Positions 53,551-64,000 of a stretch of 64,000 bases of DNA are shown here, in pieces (positions within the stretch are counted from its first letter, which is position 1; every line of letters begins with the position of its first letter). This DNA comes from Eubacteriales bacterium (lineage in GTDB: Bacteria; Bacillota; Clostridia; Oscillospirales; UBA644): NCBI GenBank assembly GCA_045603745.1, contig JAZUMQ010000037.1, forward strand, positions 66,224-130,223, given 5' to 3'. The translations under genes and the position numbers were made by a program. The notes beneath the pieces were generated by a model. It was not told where the DNA came from. It saw only the letters and a program-made list of their open reading frames with translations, and did no database searches.

Positions 53551-53698
53551 GCATATTTTTAATGATTTCACATAAAATTCATAGTTATTTCCATTAAAAA
53601 GTTAATTTTGCATAAATACTATTAAATCCCCTTAAAATATGCACAAATATTCAATTTTTTGCATAAGTTTACCCTTCCGCAAAAGGAAGGGTAAAAAA

Positions 53699-54271
53699 TC
53701 AAAGAACAATCGTTTTTTGGGTCAAAAATTCACCGTCTTCCGGATCGTGGGAGACCAAAAACAGAGTTTTGTCCTTGCACGTCTCGGCAACCAGATTGCG
53801 CACGGAATCTTTCAACTCCGGATCCAAAGCAGTAAAGGGTTCGTCCAGAAATAAAATCGGGCGATCCACCGACAACGCCCGCGCCAACGCCACCCGTTGT
53901 TTCATGCCGCCGGACAACTCGTGAGGATATTGATCCAGCGCATCGGAGAGCCCCAATTTTTCCAGCAAATTCAATGCGTTTTTCGTTGCAGCTTGAGGGT
54001 CGGGGTGGATACAAGTAACGTTTTCCAACGTCGTCAGTTGCGGAAATAAGCGGGGCTCTTGAAACAGATACGAAATTTTTTCGGGAGAAAGCCCCTCGAT
54101 GATACCTGTTTCTGCCGATTCCAAACCACACAGAATCCGCAATAACGTAGTCTTCCCTACCCCGGAAGGGGCAGAAATCAAGACCTTTTCTCCGGGAGCG
54201 ACGTCAAAGGAAAGATTTTGAAACAGAGTATTTTTTCCAAAGGATTTGGAAAGATTTTTCACCGAGATCAT
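53699..54271 (-). CDS. ABC transporter ATP-binding protein (compact, 190 aa)
   Basis: Walker A APSGVGKTT, Q-loop, LSGGMKQR, Walker B ILFLDEPF, and H-loop LVSHD close to the C-terminus. Confidence 0.85.
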   Translation of the reverse strand: MISVKNLSKSFGKNTLFQNLSFDVAPGEKVLISAPSGVGKTTLLRILCGLESAETGIIEGLSPEKISYLFQEPRLFPQLTTLENVTCIHPDPQAATKNALNLLEKLGLSDALDQYPHELSGGMKQRVALARALSVDRPILFLDEPFTALDPELKDSVRNLVAETCKDKTLFLVSHDPEDGEFLTQKTIVL

Positions 54272-55059
54272 TTTCCTTTCCCCCTCCTTTCCAAAACGGT
54301 TCCCAACAATTTTTCAAGAAGCAGGCTGAGCAGGACCACGACCAGTGTCCATGCAAAAACTTCCGCCGATTCCAGATAAACCTTCGCATCGTACACCATT
54401 TTTCCGATGGAAGCTTTGGGCGTACAAAGAACTTCGGCGGCAATTCCCGCTTTCCACGCAAGTCCGAGGGAAGTCATGGCACCGGCAGAAAAATAAGGCA
54501 TTGCATGGGGCAGATACAAAATTTTCATACGACGGAAAAAGGGGAGTTGATAGACGGTACAAACTTCTTTCAACCCCACGTCCACCGTTTTGATCCCTTC
54601 GCAAACGCTCGCCCAAACGATGGGCAATACCATGAGAAATACGATAAAAGACGGCACGGTATCCCGTCCGAGGAATACCAGGGTCAGCATGATAAACGAT
54701 GCCACCGGCGTTGCCCGAACCACCGTCAAAAGCGGAGAAAACAAAAGGTCCAAAACTTTGATTTTCGCCGTTAAAATCCCCCCGACAACGCCCAATAAAA
54801 CACCGGGCAGATAGCCAATCAACACCCGCAATAGAGACAACCCCACCGTTTTCCAGAATTCCGGAGTGGGAATCAGGGCAAACAAAGTTCTTACAACTAC
54901 TTGGGGAGAAGGCAAAAACAGCTCTTTGTTTACCAAAAAAGCCAAAAGAGCCCATACCGCCACCCAAAAGGCGGCGGAGATGAGCCCCAGTCCTATTTTT
55001 TTTCCGACAGAACGTAATTTATGCACCATAATAGAAATCATCTGCAGGCAGTTTTCCAC
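54268..55059 (-). CDS. ABC transporter permease (NitT/TauT/SsuC-like)
   Basis: Up to 263 aa. The start is ambiguous (ATGs at 55059, 55041, 55029). BPD_transp_1-type TM pattern. Confidence 0.8.
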   Translation of the reverse strand: MENCLQMISIMVHKLRSVGKKIGLGLISAAFWVAVWALLAFLVNKELFLPSPQVVVRTLFALIPTPEFWKTVGLSLLRVLIGYLPGVLLGVVGGILTAKIKVLDLLFSPLLTVVRATPVASFIMLTLVFLGRDTVPSFIVFLMVLPIVWASVCEGIKTVDVGLKEVCTVYQLPFFRRMKILYLPHAMPYFSAGAMTSLGLAWKAGIAAEVLCTPKASIGKMVYDAKVYLESAEVFAWTLVVVLLSLLLEKLLGTVLERRGKGK

Positions 55060-56056
55060 CGACGGAAGACGGCTCCGCGTTGAACAAAACGGTATAGAAA
55101 GGAACCAAACTGTCTTTCATATCTTTTCCTGCAAGGTAGGTCAGGTTGGAATTGGGAATGGCTTTTGCCGCAAGAGGAGCTTTGGGAATGATTTTGAATT
55201 TCGCTACCATTTGAGATGCCTCTTCCACGTTACCTTTCACGAAGTTAATGGAATCTTCGTATTCTTTCAAGAACTGAGCCACCGCTTCGGGATTTGCTTG
55301 AGCGAAGGCTTTGGTCACGATAACACACCCTTGTGCCATGGGAGTGTCGCAGACTTTATTCCATTCCGCAGTCATATCAAGGGCGACGGTGACGTTTTCC
55401 ACCTGCCCCTTGACGGCGGTGACTTTCGGTTCGGGGAGCATCAAAATCGCCCCCTCTGCTGCGTGGGAGACAACCAGATCGGCGGTGGTCTCAAAAACGA
55501 TATTACAATCGGTCACGCCGTTCTTTTCCAAAATATATTTCAACGCATATTCGGGGGTAGAGCCCTGACCGGTGGTATAAACGGTCTTCCCGCTGAGGTC
55601 CGCAACGGATTTGATGTTTTGCGTGCCGATCTCCAGCATATAAAGAACGCCCAAGGTATTGACCGCCAAGATCTGCAACTCGCCGTTGTTCTTATTGTAA
55701 AGTTTCGCGGCAACGTTGGTGGGAAGAGCGGCAATGTCGTATTTCTTCGCCGTAATTTCGGGGAGCAACGTTTCCGGAGCATCGTAAACGTCAAAGGTAT
55801 AGCGATTCACGGTGGTTTTTGCCTCGGCGTCGTTCATCAACTTTGCCATACCAAGTCCGGTAGAACCGCTGAGGGCGGCAACCCGAATATCGGCACCGTC
55901 AAACGTATCTTGGGGATTGCTATCGGTATTCGTATCAGAATTCTGAATTCCGGCATCACTGCTTCCTGTAGGCTTTTGATGAGCCGGAGCGCAAGCAAAC
56001 AAAGACGCGGACAAAACCAAAACCAAGAAAAGAGCTAAAAACGTTTTGAATTTCAT
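55019..56056 (-). CDS. ABC transporter substrate-binding lipoprotein (NMT1/THI5-like)
   Basis: 345 aa from ATG 56054-56056 (AAAGGAGAAA SD). MKFKTFLALFLVLVLSASLFAC lipobox. Confidence 0.75.
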   Translation of the reverse strand: MKFKTFLALFLVLVLSASLFACAPAHQKPTGSSDAGIQNSDTNTDSNPQDTFDGADIRVAALSGSTGLGMAKLMNDAEAKTTVNRYTFDVYDAPETLLPEITAKKYDIAALPTNVAAKLYNKNNGELQILAVNTLGVLYMLEIGTQNIKSVADLSGKTVYTTGQGSTPEYALKYILEKNGVTDCNIVFETTADLVVSHAAEGAILMLPEPKVTAVKGQVENVTVALDMTAEWNKVCDTPMAQGCVIVTKAFAQANPEAVAQFLKEYEDSINFVKGNVEEASQMVAKFKIIPKAPLAAKAIPNSNLTYLAGKDMKDSLVPFYTVLFNAEPSSVGGKLPADDFYYGA

Positions 56057-56118
56057 AATTGTTTCTCCTTTATGACTTATCTTTATCATAATTATACGGT
56101 ATAATATCCTTAAAATCG

Positions 56119-56132
56119 GTTGCCATGGCAAC
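56119..56132. promoter_or_regulatory. perfect 14-bp palindrome in the divergent control region
   Basis: GTTGCCATGGCAAC lies between the ABC operon (minus strand) and the crp/fnr-family gene (plus strand). Confidence 0.35.
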
Positions 56133-56158
56133 AAAAATAAAGAAATGAGAAAAAAAAC

Positions 56159-56791
56159 ATGACGGAATTAACGTCTCTCCCCCTCTTTGTCGGCATGAGC
56201 GAAAAAGCCATTGCAGAACAACTGACCGCCCTGCGAGGACAAAAGGCCACAGTTTTTAAAGGAAGCGTATTGATCCGAGAAGGGGAACGAACCGAGCGTT
56301 GCGGGATCTTGCTCTCCGGACATTTGCAGGGACAACAAATCAACGAAGACGGAGGTCTTTCGGTCGTTACCACCCTCTCCCCCGGCATGATGTTCGGGGA
56401 AATTTTGATTTTCTCCGACCGCCCCGCCCCCGTCACCCTGACCGCCATTTCCGATTGCCGGGTTCTTTGGCTGGGACCGGTGGATCTTTCCCGGATCGAC
56501 CCAAAACTCATGGGGAATTTACTTTCCATCATCGGAAAAGAATATTGGGCGTTGCACCAAAAAATCCGATACTGCGGCATCGTTTCTCTGAGAAAGCGAA
56601 TTTTCTCTTATCTGTCCGACCGAGAAAAGACACCTCAAAAAGAATTTACAATCCCCTTCGACCGCAACGGCATGGCAGCATACCTGAATGCCGACCGTTC
56701 CGCCCTATCCCGGGAATTGTCCCGCATGAAAGCCGAAGGGATTTTGGAATACCGCAAAAATCGCTTTCGGCTGACCGGAAAAGGAGTATGA
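56159..56791 (+). CDS. Crp/Fnr-family transcriptional regulator
   Basis: 210 aa. cNMP-binding-like N-terminal domain and C-terminal HTH (RNGMAAYLNADRSALSRELSRM). Confidence 0.85.
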   Translation: MTELTSLPLFVGMSEKAIAEQLTALRGQKATVFKGSVLIREGERTERCGILLSGHLQGQQINEDGGLSVVTTLSPGMMFGEILIFSDRPAPVTLTAISDCRVLWLGPVDLSRIDPKLMGNLLSIIGKEYWALHQKIRYCGIVSLRKRIFSYLSDREKTPQKEFTIPFDRNGMAAYLNADRSALSRELSRMKAEGILEYRKNRFRLTGKGV

Positions 56792-56819
56792 CGATTCCCC
56801 AAAATTCGGATAGGATTCC

Positions 56820-56848
56820 TTGCAATTTTCCTAAAAGCATAATATAAT
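56820..56848 (+). promoter_or_regulatory. sigmaA promoter of the beta-galactosidase gene
   Basis: TTGCAA (56820-56825), 17-nt spacer, TATAAT (56843-56848). AAAGGAG SD before the ATG at 56902. Confidence 0.6.
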
Positions 56849-56850
56849 AA

Positions 56851-60000
<3,150 letters not shown>

Positions 60001-60104
60001 GGAAATTGAACGTGTACTTCTTCTTTTGCAAAAAGAAAAAGTATCGGCGACAAGTCTCCTTTGTATTCGATTTAGCCATCAAAAAATTTTAAGAAAAAAT
60101 AAAT

Positions 60105-60139
60105 ATACCGGTGGAAGAATTTCCGTCGGTATATTTTTC
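60105..60139 (+). terminator. intrinsic terminator after lacZ
   Basis: ATACCGGTGG-aagaattt-CCGTCGGTAT (two wobble pairs) followed by ATTTTTC. Confidence 0.5.
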
Positions 60140-60178
60140 GCATAATGGGAAAGATCTCAATTCATTTGATTAACGAAA

Positions 60179-60210
60179 GCGGCGTGCAGAGATGCACGCC
60201 GCTTTTTATT
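60179..60210. terminator. GC-rich hairpin terminator between convergent genes
   Basis: GCGGCGTGCA-gaga-TGCACGCCGC followed by TTTTTATTT. Confidence 0.75.
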
Positions 60211-60231
60211 TGTGATTCAATTCAAATCGAA

Positions 60232-63200
60232 TCAGTTTGCCTTGGACTTTTTCTTCCGAATCACAGTCACGGCAACCGCAACAACAATCGTAAGAGCAGT
60301 AACCGAGATTACAGTGGTAAGTATCATATCGGAAGTATTGGGGTTACGCATATCACCCTTCATCATAACGTAACCGTACTTCTGGTAGTCCCGCTTCAAC
60401 GAATCAAGCTTAGTCGCAGCAGATTCCTCCTTGGTTGCACCGGCTTCCATTTCAGAAGCAGCGAATACTATGGATCCGGTCTTCAGACTAATCGCAGGAG
60501 CACCGGTAGTATACATGTGTCCGCAATCCTTCACAGTGACGGTAGCCTTGGTAGTACTGTTAAGACATCTCATACCAATGCGTTCTTCGCCGCCGTCAAA
60601 GTAAGCAGCACCATACTTTTCAACAGTCAAGTTGGAGGTATTTGCAAAGAGGAGAGCGGCAGAAGATTTTTCGGTAGCAGTAGCTTTCAACGTTGCGTTA
60701 TCGGTAACAACAACATTCGCGTTCTGGAGAAGCATCGCGGCTCCGTCCCCGATCATGGAATCACCGGACGCAGTACAGTTAACTTTCGCTCTGTCCTGAA
60801 TGGTCAAAGTCAAAACATCAGGAGTTACTGAATACAGGTACATAGCATATGCTTTGTTCCCGTACGTCTTACCGCTACGTTCCGCATGAATGTTCACAAC
60901 CGCCTTGCCTCCGATGACAATATCGGATTCCTGTTGGATCAGCACTGCGATGGAACGATCACCATCGGCGACACCGAGTTTTTTCGTTGATTGGACATTC
61001 GTAATATTAACCGTAGCATCTTTGATCAGAACGTTGTTCTTACCGCCGGTGGGGTGCCAGATTTTTACTGCCCCATGTCCAGAGGGAACCTTACCGGTGA
61101 TATTAACCGTTCCGGTCGTCGTAAAGATCATATTGGTGGTCATACCGTTGATCTGAATAACGGGGTAGCCCGTATCGCTGGGATTGGAAGCGTTCAGGTT
61201 TGCCTTATCGGTAACGCTCAGGGTCGCAGAAGCACCTTCGGGAGTTGCCGTCAGCATAATCGTCTGACCGCTAGAAGAAATCTCAGCAAAAGCCTCGTCG
61301 GAAACATTGAAGGCCGCTTCTCCGGCACCTGCAGAAACGCTGATACGCGCTGCACAGTTTCTGACATTGTTGGCAATCAGGGTTGCCTTGTCGGAGATGT
61401 TGACAGCAGCTTGCTTATTCATACCTTCCATCGCAGTCACACTGCTTGCAAGGTTAAACAGGTCATTCGCGCCGTCAGCAACGTTGACTTTGGAATTTCC
61501 GCCAATATTCACAGATACATCTGCACCGGCAAGTTGGAAGGCATGACCGGTAGCGGTAATATCAACAACTGCATTTCCGTCAATATTGGTAGCCGCAATA
61601 TGTCCAGTGGCACGGATACCCGTACTCACATTCATAACAACCTTGGCATTTTCGCCAATGTTGACATTCGCACTATGACCTCCCGAAGTAGCTCCATAAA
61701 TCTCAATACCATAGCTGCTCTTGGAGTTAAAGTCTACTTGGGCATTTCTAAGAATATTGACAGACGTGTCATTTCCGCGGAGATAAATACTCTGTTTAGC
61801 TGTATTAGTTTTTACCTTCGCATCATCAGTAATGGTGATCGAGGTGGCAGGGGTCTCGCCATGATTGATGTGGAGGGCACAACCGGTAGTTGCCGTAACA
61901 TTGACCTGTGCCTTCTCGCCAATCAAAATCTCTTCCCCGCGGTAAGAGTAAACGACGTAAGTCGTACCGGTGATGTCCAACAAACCGTCGCCACCGATGA
62001 CAATTCCGTTGGTAGAATAGAGTAGGTGTTGATCGTTTGCGGAAATCATATTGACACCGTTCAAATCGAGCTTCAGGTTACCGTTAGCACGAATCCGTTG
62101 AGCCGTCAAGTTGTTCAGCGTAAGGGTTCCGTCGGGAGTGAAGTATGCCTGAGCATTTGCGGGATCGACATTTGCAGGATAGGAAGGATTATATACGTCC
62201 AGAACGAACCTCTTGGCAACGCCATCTCTTATCTTCACCGTCAGTTCAACCTGAGTCGTTACGCCTTCTACATCTCCGGTCGTAACGTAGTAACTGTTGT
62301 CTGCCAGAGCACAACTACGCAGGTATTCAACACCTTGATCTTCGTACCAGTTGGGCGTAGTTTCGTTATAAGGATTGACTTTGCCCAAATTGAGAGAACG
62401 TCCACTGGAGCAGAAGAAGCTAATCTTGGCACCCGGCTTCACAGTCATGACCTGGTTGATTCCTTCTGCATACCAGAAGTTATCTGCAACACCGGAAATC
62501 AAGCCGCCGGTAATATTGATCTTCATCTCATTGCAGTTAGTGTAGAACATGGCCTGAACATCGCCAGAGCCGTTGCTCCTCAGATGACCGTCAGAAACGT
62601 TGATAACCGTGGGAATCGAACCGTTAACGTTCATAAATCCACTGGTTTTGTAGTTATCCAACAGAGTGTTGCAGTTAACTACAACATTCGTACCGGCGAA
62701 ATCAATGGTTTCCATGTTGTAAGATTGAATTCCGATAGTACGGTTGGTACTAATGTCACCCTTCTTATTGTTGTAGACATACTCGGGATCGTTGTAGTTA
62801 TTGTTGACGGTAACTGTCAGATTTCCGCCTTCCAACCGAGCCGTTCCGGGTCTATGGACAGGAGCAAACAGAGACAGACCGCTAAGTTGACGCAACTGAC
62901 CTTTCTGGAATTCCATGGGATTCAAGATGATGTTGACCTGAGGTCCGTTATCACCCTTTTCTCCAAGCATGTAGAGGTCGTAGGTAGCAACGGCACTTAT
63001 ACCGGACTTAGCGTTGTTTAAAGTTGCAGTAACCTTGGCGTTATCCTTAACCGTAAACGTACCATCTACAACGATTGCATTTTGAGTATTCATAGTAACC
63101 GTAAATTCGCCGCCGCAGATTTCGAGGCTGGAGGACGCATGAACGGCTTGGCTCGTATTTGCTTCAGCGTTCACAACGCTATCCTTAACCAGAATATTCA

Positions 63201-64000
63201 CAGCTTCGATCGCAATGTCTCTGACAGCTTTCACAGCAACAGTACTGTTCGTAATCGTAACAGTTCCGGAACACTGAAGCGCTCTACCTTGCGTTGCAAC
63301 AATGTTCGCGGTTACATCGGAGATTTCAATAATATTAGAGTAAACACTATAGACCTTTGCCTGAGAATTAACCGTGGTGGGAACGTTCTCATCTTTCTGA
63401 TAAAGTTTTACCTTGCCACCATTGATACCGTAATTTTCGGTAATCTTAACATCAACCGTACCGCCGGAGATGTCTACTTCTTTTGCACCCTGAATACCAA
63501 CGGTCGATGTAATCGTATCGTTATAGGTCTTGAGAGTACCGTCCGTAATCTTCAGGTTTTGGGCGTAAATCGCTTTAGCGCCAGAACCGGTAGATGCAAT
63601 CGCGGTAACATTACCGCCGGACTGGGTATAGGTGTTCGTGGCATAAATCGTACCGTTACCACTGGAAACAATAGAAATTGCGTTTACCGTACCTCCGGAA
63701 ATCTTAACGTCGCCATTTCGTGCAACAATACCGCTGTGATTTGCCACGACATTAATCTTTGCATCGCCGGAAACTTCAACGTTTCCAGCGTCGTAAGTAT
63801 AGATTGCATTGTTGTTCGAAATGTCAGCAGTTACTGTACCGCCGGAAATCTTAACGCTGCCTCCTCTTGTATAAATACCGTTGTAGGACGCCTTAATATC
63901 GATCGTTGCATCGCCGGAAATCTCAATGTTGCCTTCTCTTACAGCAATACCCCCGGACTTCGACTCAATATCAATCTTTGCATCGCCGGAAATTTCAACG
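60232..64000 (-). CDS. giant cell-surface beta-helix repeat protein with C-terminal sortase-B-type sorting signal (5' end outside the window)
   Basis: The track ORF starts at an internal GTG (63747). I hand-translated 63748-63999 in frame and found no stop, so at least 1255 codons lie in the window. There are ~24-aa coils such as VEISGDAKIDIESKSGGIAVREGN. The protein ends NPNTS + TM + RKKKSKAN. Confidence 0.75.
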   Translation of the reverse strand, partial: VEISGDAKIDIESKSGGIAVREGNIEISGDATIDIKASYNGIYTRGGSVKISGGTVTADISNNNAIYTYDAGNVEVSGDAKINVVANHSGIVARNGDVKISGGTVNAISIVSSGNGTIYATNTYTQSGGNVTAIASTGSGAKAIYAQNLKITDGTLKTYNDTITSTVGIQGAKEVDISGGTVDVKITENYGINGGKVKLYQKDENVPTTVNSQAKVYSVYSNIIEISDVTANIVATQGRALQCSGTVTITNSTVAVKAVRDIAIEAVNILVKDSVVNAEANTSQAVHASSSLEICGGEFTVTMNTQNAIVVDGTFTVKDNAKVTATLNNAKSGISAVATYDLYMLGEKGDNGPQVNIILNPMEFQKGQLRQLSGLSLFAPVHRPGTARLEGGNLTVTVNNNYNDPEYVYNNKKGDISTNRTIGIQSYNMETIDFAGTNVVVNCNTLLDNYKTSGFMNVNGSIPTVINVSDGHLRSNGSGDVQAMFYTNCNEMKINITGGLISGVADNFWYAEGINQVMTVKPGAKISFFCSSGRSLNLGKVNPYNETTPNWYEDQGVEYLRSCALADNSYYVTTGDVEGVTTQVELTVKIRDGVAKRFVLDVYNPSYPANVDPANAQAYFTPDGTLTLNNLTAQRIRANGNLKLDLNGVNMISANDQHLLYSTNGIVIGGDGLLDITGTTYVVYSYRGEEILIGEKAQVNVTATTGCALHINHGETPATSITITDDAKVKTNTAKQSIYLRGNDTSVNILRNAQVDFNSKSSYGIEIYGATSGGHSANVNIGENAKVVMNVSTGIRATGHIAATNIDGNAVVDITATGHAFQLAGADVSVNIGGNSKVNVADGANDLFNLASSVTAMEGMNKQAAVNISDKATLIANNVRNCAARISVSAGAGEAAFNVSDEAFAEISSSGQTIMLTATPEGASATLSVTDKANLNASNPSDTGYPVIQINGMTTNMIFTTTGTVNITGKVPSGHGAVKIWHPTGGKNNVLIKDATVNITNVQSTKKLGVADGDRSIAVLIQQESDIVIGGKAVVNIHAERSGKTYGNKAYAMYLYSVTPDVLTLTIQDRAKVNCTASGDSMIGDGAAMLLQNANVVVTDNATLKATATEKSSAALLFANTSNLTVEKYGAAYFDGGEERIGMRCLNSTTKATVTVKDCGHMYTTGAPAISLKTGSIVFAASEMEAGATKEESAATKLDSLKRDYQKYGYVMMKGDMRNPNTSDMILTTVISVTALTIVVAVAVTVIRKKKSKAN

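Overview
Chromosomal window from a spore-forming Firmicute that uses Shine-Dalgarno sites. It looks Clostridia-like (spoIIE, dpaAB, split transketolase, class B sortase) and is roughly 45-50% GC by eye; nothing here was computed with tools. I count about 55 protein genes and recognise no rRNA, tRNA, CRISPR array, transposase or integrase. Gene order, left to right: mrp; a DUF1273/SLOG gene; a ~1.9-kb AT-rich islet (a secreted Amidase_6-type gene interrupted by one in-frame TAG, plus an unannotated 29-codon gene with its own promoter, SD and terminator); a 12.6-kb eight-gene operon; split transketolase plus class B sortase; an S11 carboxypeptidase; an ECF S component; RNase H1; rpmB; smc-ftsY; yhbY-nadD::yqeK-rsfS-leuS; recD2; rsmA; lipoproteins; an AraC regulator; an EF-G paralog; dpaAB; padR-DUF1700-DUF4097; spoIIE; a Cys-rich tandem-repeat lipoprotein; argCJBDF; an NMT1-type ABC importer; a Crp/Fnr regulator; a GH2 beta-galactosidase; and the 3' 3.7 kb of a giant beta-helix surface protein that ends in an NPNTS sortase-B-type sorting signal. 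The eight-gene operon is the most interesting object. It encodes a giant solute-binding protein with two CBM-like modules, two CUT1 permeases, an NHL beta-propeller, a YIP1 membrane protein, a ~1000-aa DUF5696-like lipoprotein and two more CUT1 permeases, with no ATPase, regulator or recognisable glycoside hydrolase. The many 250-800-aa antisense ORFs in the supplied track share codon phase with the sense genes and are rejected as shadow ORFs. Family names are from motif recognition and memory and need HMM confirmation.
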